A stretch of DNA of 64,000 bases from Escherichia phage 121Q. Shown in pieces: positions 19,257 through 28,927 of this stretch. The stretch is taken from sequence record NC_025447.1. The stretch is one strand, 5' to 3'. Made by a program: the position numbers and the translations under genes. Position 1 is the stretch's first letter. Every line of letters begins with the position of its first letter. The notes below the pieces were generated by a model that had not been told where the DNA came from, did not search any database, and was given only the letters and a program-made list of their open reading frames with translations.

Positions 19257-19267
19257 AGGAATATACA

Positions 19268-20686
19268 ATGAGCATTTTAGCAATTCTTGAAAGCATTAAA
19301 AATACTAGCAGTACTCTGGGCAAAAAGGCTATTCTTGAACAAAATAAAGATAATGTAACTTTGCAAAAAGTTCTGAAATATACACTCGATCCTAGTATTG
19401 TAAGTGGGTATAAAAAGCTACCAGACGCTGATAACGTGTATCAACATATGACATTGGATGAAGCTATTGATAAACTAGAATGCATCTATAAGCGTGCATT
19501 GACGGGACATACAGGGCGTGATTTCATTGCTTCAGTACTAGGTAGTGTGAGTCCAGATGATGCTGAAGTTCTTCGTAAGATGCTTACAAAGAACTTAGAT
19601 TGTGGTATTCAAGAAAAGAACTGCAATGATGTATTTGGTAAAGGATTTATTAAAGATGAACCATATATGCGTTGTTCTTTGCTTGATAAAAAGACTGTTA
19701 AGAACATCAACTTCAAAGGTCATGGTTATGCTGTCTCCGAGGTCAAGATGGATGGTCAGTACTTAAACCATGTAGTCATTAATGGTGCTCTTACCTCTTC
19801 CTCCCGTAATGGTAAACTATATGACTTCTTAGGTTGTCGTGATGGTGAGATGGCAGGTCTTGCACATCAAATTCAAATGAATGATGAACGTTTTAGTAGT
19901 GGTGTCGTCTTTATGGGTGAAGGTCTAGTACTTGATAATGACGGTGAAACTATTCTTCCACGAACAACTGGTAATGGTATCATTCAGAAGGCTGGTAAAG
20001 ATAGTATTAGTCAGAATGAAGCAATGCGTACTGTATTTGTACTATGGGATGTTGTTCCGTATGATGCATTCTGTGAAGGTACATGGAATGTAAAACGTAA
20101 AGAACGTCGCGAACTTCTTGAATCTGCCATCAATGTATTGGGTAGTGATTTTGTACGTATGGTGAAATACCGTAAGGTTCAAAACATTAAAGAAGCATTT
20201 GAGTACAATAACGAACTCATGGATCAGGGTGAAGAAGGATCAGTACTGAAATGTGAAGATGGTATCTGGAAATCACATACATCTCCTAAGCAGTTGAAAG
20301 TAAAACTAAAAATGCAATTGGATTTGCGTATTGTTGGTTTCAACGAAGGTGAAGGTAAGCGTAAAGGTTCACTTGGTTCTTTACAACTTGAAAGTGCATG
20401 TGGCACACTGAAGGTAAATGTAGGAACAGGTATCCGTGAAAAAGATGCAGAGTGGACATTCAAAACCATTTGGGAACGAATGCAAGAACTAATTGGTAAA
20501 GTCGTTACCGTTGAGTGCAATGAGATTGTAATCGACAAGCGTACAGGTGAACCATCACTATTTTTACCAGTGTTTATTGAATTTAGATTTGACAAAAACA
20601 CTTGTGACGATTATACTCGTATCTTAGAAATTCGTGATAGTGCTGTTGAGGTGTTCTCTAACAGTATTATTGAAGCACTTAGCTAA
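19268..20686 (+). CDS. ATP-dependent DNA ligase (T4 gp30-like)
   Basis: N-terminus ILEQNKDN like T4 ligase; KMDG adenylation motif; 472 aa. Confidence 0.85.
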   Translation: MSILAILESIKNTSSTLGKKAILEQNKDNVTLQKVLKYTLDPSIVSGYKKLPDADNVYQHMTLDEAIDKLECIYKRALTGHTGRDFIASVLGSVSPDDAEVLRKMLTKNLDCGIQEKNCNDVFGKGFIKDEPYMRCSLLDKKTVKNINFKGHGYAVSEVKMDGQYLNHVVINGALTSSSRNGKLYDFLGCRDGEMAGLAHQIQMNDERFSSGVVFMGEGLVLDNDGETILPRTTGNGIIQKAGKDSISQNEAMRTVFVLWDVVPYDAFCEGTWNVKRKERRELLESAINVLGSDFVRMVKYRKVQNIKEAFEYNNELMDQGEEGSVLKCEDGIWKSHTSPKQLKVKLKMQLDLRIVGFNEGEGKRKGSLGSLQLESACGTLKVNVGTGIREKDAEWTFKTIWERMQELIGKVVTVECNEIVIDKRTGEPSLFLPVFIEFRFDKNTCDDYTRILEIRDSAVEVFSNSIIEALS

Positions 20687-20705
20687 TCATTTATTGGAGG
20701 TAATT

Positions 20706-21497
20706 ATGAAATTTGTTGTAACATCTGACGTACACGGTGGAACTGATTACCTCCATAGCGGTGATTACAGTGATGTAGTACTGATCATTGCTGGGGACTT
20801 CGATGAAGTTAAACGCAGTCGTTACCGTACTGGTATCGAATCACTGTGTAAGCAGTTCAAAAATGTAGTACTGGTTCCAGGTAATCACGAATATTATGGT
20901 TCCAATATCATCAAAACGCATAAAGTACTATCCAATATGCAGGATGAGATTCCTAATTTTATCTTTTTGCAAAACAAATTTGTATGGCTGGATGGAGTAC
21001 TGCTTGTTGGTAGTACTCTGTGGACAGACTTCGATAAAGGTAATTCTTTGACGAAGTTTGATGCTCGTCAGAAGATGAACGATTACAAACATATCCGTCA
21101 TGGAACAACATCAGAGCCTTGGCGTAAAAAACTGACACCTGATGATACTGAGTTTATGCATCACAAAGATAAACAATTTATCAAAAATTCTATTGACACA
21201 GTTCGCTTTATGCATGATAATGATTTCAAGGTCATCGTGATTACTCATCACGCACCAAGTTATCAAAGTGTTTCACCAAAATATAAAAATGATTCACTGA
21301 ATGGTTGTTACTGTTCCGATATGGATCAGTACATTGAAGATTTGGGTGCTGATGTTTGGATTCATGGTCATGTTCATAGTAGCTTTGACTACCACATTGG
21401 TAAGACACGTATCATTTGTAATCCACGAGGCTATGAATCGTATAGTGGATCTTGTGAGAATTTTGATTACAATCCTAAATTTGTATTTGAAATTTAA
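20706..21497 (+). CDS. calcineurin-like metallophosphoesterase
   Basis: SDVHGG, GDFD, GNHEYY and GHVH motifs; RBS GGAGG upstream of ATG 20706. Confidence 0.7.
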   Translation: MKFVVTSDVHGGTDYLHSGDYSDVVLIIAGDFDEVKRSRYRTGIESLCKQFKNVVLVPGNHEYYGSNIIKTHKVLSNMQDEIPNFIFLQNKFVWLDGVLLVGSTLWTDFDKGNSLTKFDARQKMNDYKHIRHGTTSEPWRKKLTPDDTEFMHHKDKQFIKNSIDTVRFMHDNDFKVIVITHHAPSYQSVSPKYKNDSLNGCYCSDMDQYIEDLGADVWIHGHVHSSFDYHIGKTRIICNPRGYESYSGSCENFDYNPKFVFEI

Positions 21498-21509
21498 TGT
21501 GAGGATACA

Positions 21510-21893
21510 GTGTCATTGATTTATTTTGAACTACCAGAATATACCAATTATCCAAGCCGAGTTATTTGCTCAGTTTATAGTAATGCATATCATCACTTGT
21601 TAGTGAATAGTAATAAAGCTGTGCATTATTATCGAAATAAAGAACCACGTACATTAAAGAATCGTTATGGTTTTGACCCAACTAACACTGAAGTTGAACT
21701 CTGTGATCTGTTTGGGGAAGTAATGGTGGTGTTGAAACGAGATATTCATCTTTTCCATACATACAAACTTAATCAGTACTTTATGGAAACACTGTCTATA
21801 CGTTCCCATGCTCCGATGATTAAAGTTGATTTGAATTATGTTGATGATAAATTGAAATATGATTTCATAAATTCACTTGTTTATTTGGAGTAA
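21510..21893 (+). CDS. hypothetical protein (GTG start)
   Basis: ORF in track; RBS GAGGA. Confidence 0.4.
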   Translation: MSLIYFELPEYTNYPSRVICSVYSNAYHHLLVNSNKAVHYYRNKEPRTLKNRYGFDPTNTEVELCDLFGEVMVVLKRDIHLFHTYKLNQYFMETLSIRSHAPMIKVDLNYVDDKLKYDFINSLVYLE

Positions 21894-21894
21894 T

Positions 21895-22299
21895 ATGAAT
21901 ATACGTTCAGTACGAATATTTTCATTTGTTGATATGAATGAAAAACACTCTTATGTGTTTGAAACTGTCAATAAGTTAAATCCTCATACGGCAAAAATGA
22001 TTGAAACCATGAAGATCTTGAGTTTTCATATAGAAGTTTACTATCTTCATGACGATTCTGTTTTTGTATATGATGATGGATGGTATGACGGTGTGTTTTA
22101 TGATGACATTAGCACTACTGCTGATTACTACTTTCTAGTGAGTAACCCACTATTCAGTACTAAAACTTTGTTTGACATTACCGATACAAGCGTGTATGAT
22201 ACAAGTCATGTTGAGTTACTTAAGTTTGATCCAGTATTATTCAACAAAGAAACGGCGTATTGGATGACTGATTTCTTTTCAAATATTCCAGTAAAATAG
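21895..22299 (+). CDS. hypothetical protein
   Basis: ATG with RBS GGAG. Confidence 0.45.
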   Translation: MNIRSVRIFSFVDMNEKHSYVFETVNKLNPHTAKMIETMKILSFHIEVYYLHDDSVFVYDDGWYDGVFYDDISTTADYYFLVSNPLFSTKTLFDITDTSVYDTSHVELLKFDPVLFNKETAYWMTDFFSNIPVK

Positions 22300-22302
22300 T
22301 TT

Positions 22303-22331
22303 GGACATTTTAAATCTTAGTGATATAATAC
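22303..22331 (+). promoter_or_regulatory. sigma70-like promoter (TTGGAC, 17 nt, TATAAT)
   Basis: hexamers and spacing read from sequence. Confidence 0.5.
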
Positions 22332-22363
22332 TCACTACAACGAAATAATAGAGGAAATTAACA

Positions 22364-23059
22364 ATGGTTGAACAATTCATGTTTGGTGGTTATGCTAATG
22401 GCGAAGTACGTAACATTTCTATTCCTTACGTAGTTGAGAAAGTTAATGGTTCAGAACGTACATATGATCTAGCATCTCGTATGATGCAAGACCGTATCAT
22501 TTTCCTTGATACTGATTTCAATGATCAAATGGCACATATCATCAAACAACAATTGGTGTGGTTAGACTCACAAGGTGATTCCCCTATTACATTCTACATT
22601 AGTTCACCAGGTGGTTCAGTACACGCAGGTTTGGGTATTGCAGACGTTGCTAAGTCTTGTATTTCCCCAATCCGCACTGTAGTTATGGGTTATGCGGCAT
22701 CAATGGGTTGCTATACACAATCTGTTATTGGAACTAAAGGTTTCCGTTTAGGTGGTAAACGTTCATACTTCATGTGTCACCAAGTAAGTTCTGGTACACA
22801 AGGTCTAATTACAGACCAGAAGATTTCCCTACAACATTCTGATGCACTGAATACATTGTTGACCAAAGAAATTGCAGAAGCAGTAGGCGTATCACATGAA
22901 CAATTACTAAAAGATGCTGACCGCGATTTGTGGTTAAATGCAGAAGAAGCACTTGAATATGGTGAACATGGTTTCATTGATGGTATTATTCTTGGACCAC
23001 GTAACGAAGAAGGCAAGTACTTAGTTAAGCGTCGCGGCGGTGTGGAAGAGTGGGTGTAA
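22364..23059 (+). CDS. ClpP-family serine peptidase homologue
   Basis: SPGGSVHAGLGI...GYAASMG matches ClpP core. Confidence 0.65.
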   Translation: MVEQFMFGGYANGEVRNISIPYVVEKVNGSERTYDLASRMMQDRIIFLDTDFNDQMAHIIKQQLVWLDSQGDSPITFYISSPGGSVHAGLGIADVAKSCISPIRTVVMGYAASMGCYTQSVIGTKGFRLGGKRSYFMCHQVSSGTQGLITDQKISLQHSDALNTLLTKEIAEAVGVSHEQLLKDADRDLWLNAEEALEYGEHGFIDGIILGPRNEEGKYLVKRRGGVEEWV

Positions 23060-23107
23060 GATAGATTTTGATGCCTCAATATGGGGCATCATCTTTGTGG
23101 AGATTAT

Positions 23108-23398
23108 ATGAAAGTACTAGTACGTAATAATACGGAAGTAGCAAATGTATTAGAAGATTCCGATTTTATTAATGTTGCGTTCGATCAAATTAGTGCAGTA
23201 GCACTTGAGTTAAAAAATGTGGATGAATCTGAGCGTGTACTAAATGGTTTTGCAATTGTACTTGAATTAATGAAAGAAGTACTAATTAAAAAGAACATTA
23301 ATCCAGTTGATGCGGTTCAACATGCAGAAGCTGTGCGTAAAGAACACGGTACATTCTCTGACAAAAAATACATTCAAACTGATGAGGTAAAAGAATAA
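23108..23398 (+). CDS. hypothetical small protein
   Basis: ATG with RBS GGAG. Confidence 0.45.
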   Translation: MKVLVRNNTEVANVLEDSDFINVAFDQISAVALELKNVDESERVLNGFAIVLELMKEVLIKKNINPVDAVQHAEAVRKEHGTFSDKKYIQTDEVKE

Positions 23399-23399
23399 T

Positions 23400-23846
23400 A
23401 TGTCCAATGCACAATATAAAGATGGTTATGACGCATACAAAGCAAAAGTAGTTCTAAGTGCTGAACAGCTAAAAATGCAGCATCCATTATATCGTCAGGG
23501 CTATCGTGCAGCACAAGCAGAAGCAATGAAGAAAAATAATGTAACTTTCCCTACTACGCTATATGATATTCCTAAACGTCCACACATTTTTAAAGCTGAA
23601 TGGACTGATATTATGGCAGCGACAAAGCGTCCACGTTTTGCTAAATTACACACCGATGAAGGTCGCTGGTTGCTAATGGGGATTATGAAAGCAGTTGAGA
23701 ATCAATCTCATAAGATTGTTCGTTATAAAGATGTTGTTGCTATGGTTGATAAAGCATTTGACCTTGTACTTCAATATGGTTATGATGAAGGTGTACTAAC
23801 TGTTTCTGATTGTGAAAAATATCAGTACACCCCATATCAAAAATAA
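23400..23846 (+). CDS. hypothetical protein
   Basis: ORF in track. Confidence 0.45.
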   Translation: MSNAQYKDGYDAYKAKVVLSAEQLKMQHPLYRQGYRAAQAEAMKKNNVTFPTTLYDIPKRPHIFKAEWTDIMAATKRPRFAKLHTDEGRWLLMGIMKAVENQSHKIVRYKDVVAMVDKAFDLVLQYGYDEGVLTVSDCEKYQYTPYQK

Positions 23847-23857
23847 TATTACAAATA

Positions 23858-23885
23858 GGAATCCAGTACTGGATTCCTCTTTTTA
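23858..23885 (+). terminator. rho-independent terminator
   Basis: AGGAATCCAGTACTGGATTCCT perfect palindrome plus T-run. Confidence 0.7.
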
Positions 23886-23970
23886 TTGCTGTATATCAAT
23901 TTTCATCGATCAAAAAATGATCTATATAAGCTAAATACCCAAGGAATCATTGTTACTAGGGTAGGTGAAT

Positions 23971-24519
23971 ATGCAGCAATATAATTTAACTGAAGAACAA
24001 AGTGATATTTTTTATCATCATATGTTTTTAATTGATGAGTTTGCTTTGAAAATTAATTCTGAAGCAATTGATATATTGAAGAAATGGTATTCATGTTATA
24101 ATAAAAACAAAAAGTGGTATTGGTTTAATAGAAATTTAAAGTCATTTTTAAAAACAATAACACAAGTTGATAGTGTAGAAATGATACATAGTTCAATTGG
24201 ATATAGTTATTTGACTAAACACAATAATACTATGATGTTATCCGGTTTTAAAGTTGAAAGAATTTCAAAGCTTACAGGTTTATCATTAAAAACAATTTTA
24301 TATGATATAGAAAAGATTTGGAAAACTATAGAATTCATGCACAAAAATATGTCATTCATATATAGAAATTATGATATATTCACTGAGGTACGTCAATATC
24401 ATAATAAACCTTATGTATTGAATGAAAAGTACTATAATCATATGGAAGTTTGTTCTAAACTCGTTGATGATTGGAATCTAGAGGGACATAATGAAATACA
24501 CACACCTAAGTATAGATGA
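23971..24519 (+). CDS. hypothetical protein in a very AT-rich islet; possible HTH
   Basis: ORF in track; composition visibly more AT-rich than neighbours. Confidence 0.4.
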   Translation: MQQYNLTEEQSDIFYHHMFLIDEFALKINSEAIDILKKWYSCYNKNKKWYWFNRNLKSFLKTITQVDSVEMIHSSIGYSYLTKHNNTMMLSGFKVERISKLTGLSLKTILYDIEKIWKTIEFMHKNMSFIYRNYDIFTEVRQYHNKPYVLNEKYYNHMEVCSKLVDDWNLEGHNEIHTPKYR

Positions 24520-25015
24520 TACTAATATCTGGTTAGATAACATAATCAAGACATTAGAATTAATTAAACTTACATTACAAAAAACTACTGATATTGAAAT
24601 TAATATTAAACAAGAAATATTAAACTATTATCATAGAAACAAATATAGCACGTTTATCTCTAAATTAATTTATGGATTATATGATATTGAAGATATTTGC
24701 ATCGGTTACAGTACTGGTATTTGCTTCACTGTTAATGGTTTAAAAAATGATTTAAATTTCAGACTTTCCGATGAAGAGCAAGATTTTCGTAGATTTTGTG
24801 ATAATATTATGGATACAGACAAAATTACATTTGTGATTGAATTAAATCAAACATGGTCTACATATGCAGATAAACCATTTGAAATTAATGAAACAGATGT
24901 GTTAAACTATATTCGAGTTATGAAAATTCATGATTTGTGTAAAAACGCATTGTTAAGTATTGGAGCTTATAATGAAACATACGACTTGGTTGAAGATAGC
25001 AGAAGTAGTTGCTGA
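24491..25015 (+). CDS. hypothetical protein (AT-rich islet)
   Basis: ORF in track. Confidence 0.4.
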   Translation: MKYTHLSIDDTNIWLDNIIKTLELIKLTLQKTTDIEINIKQEILNYYHRNKYSTFISKLIYGLYDIEDICIGYSTGICFTVNGLKNDLNFRLSDEEQDFRRFCDNIMDTDKITFVIELNQTWSTYADKPFEINETDVLNYIRVMKIHDLCKNALLSIGAYNETYDLVEDSRSSC

Positions 25016-25451
25016 GGAAAGTAAATGTATTTCACAAAAAGTTGGTTGTGTTATTGTTAAAAATAATAGAGTATTGAGTACTGGATACAATGGAACGCCA
25101 TCTAAGCAGCCAAACTGTTGTGATGTAAATCAACATTTAGTGAACGATGGTCGTTTTCAAGACTGGGTTGATGATGCAGCAAAACATGAACATCATGAGT
25201 GGAGTAATATTCATGAGATCCATGCAGAGATGAACGCTTTACTGTATAGTTCTCCTACTGAACGCCAAGGAGCAACTCTTTACACAACTCTACAACCATG
25301 CTATACTTGTTCTAAGTTAATCGCAGGTAGTGGGATTACCCGTGTAATTTATCACAAAAGTTATCCACGAACACCACCTGAAGCGATTAAAGTACTGGAA
25401 GATGCTGGGATTATTGTTAACTGCATTTATGACAAGGGTATGAATCAATGA
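24972..25451 (+). CDS. cd: dCMP deaminase (T4 Cd-like)
   Basis: ESKC...STGYNG N-terminus, zinc motifs HAEMNA and PCYTCSKLI. Confidence 0.8.
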   Translation: MKHTTWLKIAEVVAEESKCISQKVGCVIVKNNRVLSTGYNGTPSKQPNCCDVNQHLVNDGRFQDWVDDAAKHEHHEWSNIHEIHAEMNALLYSSPTERQGATLYTTLQPCYTCSKLIAGSGITRVIYHKSYPRTPPEAIKVLEDAGIIVNCIYDKGMNQ

Positions 25452-25702
25452 CATTTATGATTGTTGGATTTCTATCAATATTAGTATTATTTTTTATAAC
25501 AGTAATGTTTGTTATTGATGATAATGACATTTCTCAACGAAACTATGAAGTGCGTTTTTCTGCACAAAACAACAAGTACTACATTGTAAACTGTATACAC
25601 CGTAGTGAGAAAAGGGTAACAAGTAGATTTGGATTTACCATTTATTATAAAGACCGAGTAGAAGCTGACATGATTTGTCAGAAGCTTAATACTGTAGAAT
25701 AA
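25448..25702 (+). CDS. small membrane protein
   Basis: N-terminal hydrophobic segment. Confidence 0.45.
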   Translation: MTFMIVGFLSILVLFFITVMFVIDDNDISQRNYEVRFSAQNNKYYIVNCIHRSEKRVTSRFGFTIYYKDRVEADMICQKLNTVE

Positions 25703-25733
25703 AAAAAAAGGAGCCACAAGGCTCCTTTTTTGT
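25702..25733. terminator. bidirectional rho-independent terminator
   Basis: A-run, GGAGCC...GGCTCC stem, T-run; sits between convergent genes. Confidence 0.7.
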
Positions 25734-26110
25734 TAACCAGGGATGTTACAATAATACAAATCCCAAGGGTGATATTTCATTTCTCCAGTACTCAATTTAA
25801 TTTTATGAAACTGGAATGATTCGGCAAATGCACTATCATCAATCTTAATACAAAAAGTATTTTTTGCTAAAGTTGGTGCAATCTCTAGTGCAGTTTTAGT
25901 TGCATCTAATCTGATTTTATCTTTATCAAAACTTGTTATAGTTACAAAACGATAAACATTAAAATCAGTGTCGATAAGATCGTAAACACAACTAGAACGT
26001 TGATTAAAGATGTTCAAGTTATATTTCAATTCACCGTTTATATTAGCGGCGGTTACACAAAAGCCGCCGATATTGAATGGTAATTTACCTTGTGCTGCTA
26101 TAGCTTTCAT
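25733..26110 (-). CDS. hypothetical protein on the minus strand (125 aa)
   Basis: ORF in track; RBS GAGGAAA upstream on minus strand. Confidence 0.5.
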   Translation of the reverse strand: MKAIAAQGKLPFNIGGFCVTAANINGELKYNLNIFNQRSSCVYDLIDTDFNVYRFVTITSFDKDKIRLDATKTALEIAPTLAKNTFCIKIDDSAFAESFQFHKIKLSTGEMKYHPWDLYYCNIPG

Positions 26111-26238
26111 ATTTTATTTCCTCTTATTAATAAACAACTACTTTTACAGATTGTTGTACCTTTTATATTTACACCGTCAACTAAATATCCACCTAAAGTG
26201 AATGGAAATTGGTCTTGTCCTGCGATTGGTTCCCCCAT
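26107..26238 (-). CDS. small minus-strand ORF (43 aa) resembling the N-terminus of the downstream 125 aa protein
   Basis: hand-translated; RBS AAGGAG 9 nt upstream; stop overlaps next start (ATGA). Confidence 0.35.
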   Translation of the reverse strand: MGEPIAGQDQFPFTLGGYLVDGVNIKGTTICKSSCLLIRGNKI

Positions 26239-26357
26239 TAAGGGCACTCCTTATAAAAAAGCTTTACATTTGGTATGGGTTTGTGATAGAATCTTCACAG
26301 TGATTGTACTAAGGGGATTATCAGATGAGGGAAATTTGAGTTAAGTACAGAAAAAGT

Positions 26358-26386
26358 TTGACTTAAGTGTTTAAGTACTATATTAT
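26358..26386 (+). promoter_or_regulatory. sigma70-like promoter (TTGACT, 17 nt, TATTAT)
   Basis: read from sequence; precedes the 26420-29475 gene block. Confidence 0.45.
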
Positions 26387-26419
26387 TTATATCTTCCTAA
26401 CCAAAATTAAGGATTTGTT

Positions 26420-27028
26420 ATGAAAAGACTATGGCTTGAGGTAGTACAAGCAGTAATGCTTCTGATGTTGATAAATTTTCCAGCCAGTGCTGGTGTTGAA
26501 AGTAAAAATGTGATAAAGTACAATCCTGAAACACGTAATGTATATTTCATCTCAGATATTACGGATGGGTCACTAAAGCGTATGATGGAGTTGTATGATA
26601 AAGAACACTATGATACCATTACCATCACATCGCCAGGTGGTGATTTTGATGCTGGGATTAAAATGGCAAACTTCGTTAGAGACAATGGTATAAATTTAAT
26701 TGTTTCTAGGTATTGCAACTCAGCATGTACTGTGGTATTCTTCAGTGTAGCTTTTGAAAAGCGATACATGATAAATCGCTCAGTACTGGGACTTCATAAC
26801 ATTTCTATTAAAAGTAATGTTAAAGACGGTGATAATTCTTTTGTATCAGTTAGGCAGCTATCAACTTTTACTGAAGAAATGGCAACTAAAGTAGGTTTTC
26901 TATTTACACTATATTCTGCAAATGGAATTCCACCAGACGTTCTATATAAAGTTAGCCGTTCGCGTGGTGAAGATGTTGTAATATTAACAAAACCAGAACT
27001 GGTTTTTTACGGTTCAGTCAAACAATAA
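26420..27028 (+). CDS. secreted ClpP/SppA-fold (peptidase-like) protein
   Basis: N-terminal signal-peptide-like segment; ITITSPGGDFDAG...SRYCNSACT resembles ClpP/S49 core. Confidence 0.45.
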   Translation: MKRLWLEVVQAVMLLMLINFPASAGVESKNVIKYNPETRNVYFISDITDGSLKRMMELYDKEHYDTITITSPGGDFDAGIKMANFVRDNGINLIVSRYCNSACTVVFFSVAFEKRYMINRSVLGLHNISIKSNVKDGDNSFVSVRQLSTFTEEMATKVGFLFTLYSANGIPPDVLYKVSRSRGEDVVILTKPELVFYGSVKQ

Positions 27029-27098
27029 AAATAATTAAAATAACAGGATGATTATGATGTACTTCCTTTGTTATTAATTATATTGAGATTATATAACT

Positions 27099-27359
27099 AT
27101 GACAAACATCCAAAATTTGACATCTATTATTTTTTATGCTACAGTAGTGATGTATATTACTGTACTTTTCCTAACAGTTTTCATTTACAAAGATTACAAA
27201 AATGGCTTTATTGATAACACAACAATGAAGTTCAATTCAAAGTTTGAAGCAATAATTTATTATGTTCTGGCAACATCATATTTGGTGTGTCTAATGTTAT
27301 TAGGTACATTGATTTATATTTTATATACAACTTTATTTGCAATTGGAGCTATTTTATGA
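27099..27359 (+). CDS. small membrane protein
   Basis: two hydrophobic segments. Confidence 0.45.
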   Translation: MTNIQNLTSIIFYATVVMYITVLFLTVFIYKDYKNGFIDNTTMKFNSKFEAIIYYVLATSYLVCLMLLGTLIYILYTTLFAIGAIL

Positions 27360-27952
27360 CATGTATCATTGCACACACTGATGGTGTAACTTCTTTTATT
27401 GCAGGGGACAAACTGGGAAGTAACGGGTTCACAAAGTCCGTTCAAACTGAGCCTAAAGTATTTGAGAAAGAATTCATTAAAATCAATGATGATGCTGGTT
27501 TGACCCGTACAAAAGAAATTATGGCGATTGGTTACACCACATCATTCCGTATGGGTCAACTTCTTACTTACAGTTTGAATCTACCACAGCAAGATGCAAA
27601 TGAGACGTTTCCACAGTACTTAGTACTGAAAGTTATTCCTATTATTCGTCAAATGTTCAAAGAGGAATGGGGTTCTCGTGATCCTTCACAAGAAGTAGGT
27701 GGTGGACAGTTCATCATTCTTCACAATCATACAATTTATGAAGTTCAAGAAGATTTTTCAGTTCTTCAACCGAAAACACGAATCACCGCCGTAGGTAGCG
27801 GAACATATCATGCTATTGCAGCAATGCAAGCATATATTGAAGTTGAAAATGAATCAAAAGTGCCACTACATGAACGCATCAAATCAATTTTTAAAATTGT
27901 CAGTGATAATGTAACTAGTGTAAGTGCCGAGTTTGATGTTTTAAAGTATTAA
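27356..27952 (+). CDS. HslV/proteasome beta-subunit-like Ntn-hydrolase peptidase
   Basis: Thr directly after initiator Met; IAGD and AVGSGTYHAIAAMQA resemble HslV IAGD and GSGG...A signatures. Confidence 0.55.
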   Translation: MTCIIAHTDGVTSFIAGDKLGSNGFTKSVQTEPKVFEKEFIKINDDAGLTRTKEIMAIGYTTSFRMGQLLTYSLNLPQQDANETFPQYLVLKVIPIIRQMFKEEWGSRDPSQEVGGGQFIILHNHTIYEVQEDFSVLQPKTRITAVGSGTYHAIAAMQAYIEVENESKVPLHERIKSIFKIVSDNVTSVSAEFDVLKY

Positions 27953-27970
27953 AATTATAAGAGAGAATAG

Positions 27971-28165
27971 ATGATGGCATACACAATTTATGAATGGGTT
28001 TTGAGTTTTTTTATAGTTTTTTCTATTGTTGTAATTTATAACAATGCTAAATGCTTATACAGGGACTTGAAATCCAATGGTTATCACAAAGATAATAATT
28101 TTATGTATGCCTATCATATTGGAATAATTCTGTTATTATCAATATATTTAATTGGTTTTTCATAA
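27971..28165 (+). CDS. small membrane protein
   Basis: hydrophobic 64 aa ORF. Confidence 0.45.
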   Translation: MMAYTIYEWVLSFFIVFSIVVIYNNAKCLYRDLKSNGYHKDNNFMYAYHIGIILLLSIYLIGFS

Positions 28166-28174
28166 GGATCGAAT

Positions 28175-28927
28175 ATGATATCAGAAAAATTTATAAGTAA
28201 TGAAGGTAAAAAAAGATTACTGATTATATCTGGTGCAGGACTTTCAGTCGAAAGTGGGATGGAACCTTTTCGATTTGATGATGGTTTGTGGGATACATTT
28301 AAAATTAATGATGTATGTAACATTGCTAGTTTAACTACAAAATATCATGTTGTTCATTCTTTCTATAATACATTGCGTGTAAAATTGGGACAATGCGAAC
28401 CAAATGCAATGCATTATTTTATAAAATCGTTAGAAGAACAATATGGTGATTGCTTCCTTCATATGACTTCTAACATGGACGATCTTTATACTCGTATTGG
28501 TGGTCATGAGCTTAAACTTCATGGAAACTTGTGCGAAGTTATTGAAAATTATAGTATCAATTCTGATGATTATAATGTTATTAACTGCGGATACGAACCA
28601 TACATACCAAAACATGATGTTTTTGCTAAACCAAATGTGGTAATGATTGGAGAATATCATCGTTATGTTGATGGTATACGCTTACCAATTTACGAAGAAC
28701 GAAATAATGTGTTGAAATCTCTTAATGAAAATGATACAGTTATTGTAATTGGTAGTAGCGATACAGTACTAGTATGGTCGAGATTAGCAGCAGCATTACC
28801 ATGTTATAGTGTTAATGTTAACATTCGTAAAAATGATAATGATTTTTTGTTTAATGAAAAAGTTATCAAGCCAGCAACCAAAGCAATACCACATCTAGAG
28901 ACTATAATTAAGGAACGTATGAAATGA
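28175..28927 (+). CDS. Sir2 (sirtuin)-family NAD-binding protein
   Basis: GAGLS..SGM..FR, TSNMDDL, LHG and VIGSSDTV match Sir2 motifs. Confidence 0.6.
   Translation: MISEKFISNEGKKRLLIISGAGLSVESGMEPFRFDDGLWDTFKINDVCNIASLTTKYHVVHSFYNTLRVKLGQCEPNAMHYFIKSLEEQYGDCFLHMTSNMDDLYTRIGGHELKLHGNLCEVIENYSINSDDYNVINCGYEPYIPKHDVFAKPNVVMIGEYHRYVDGIRLPIYEERNNVLKSLNENDTVIVIGSSDTVLVWSRLAAALPCYSVNVNIRKNDNDFLFNEKVIKPATKAIPHLETIIKERMK

Noticed and set aside
26010-26344. + strand track ORFs 26010-26201 and 26090-26344
   Set aside because: They overlap the minus-strand genes, lack an RBS, and the minus-strand reading has an AAGGAG RBS and coupled stop/start.
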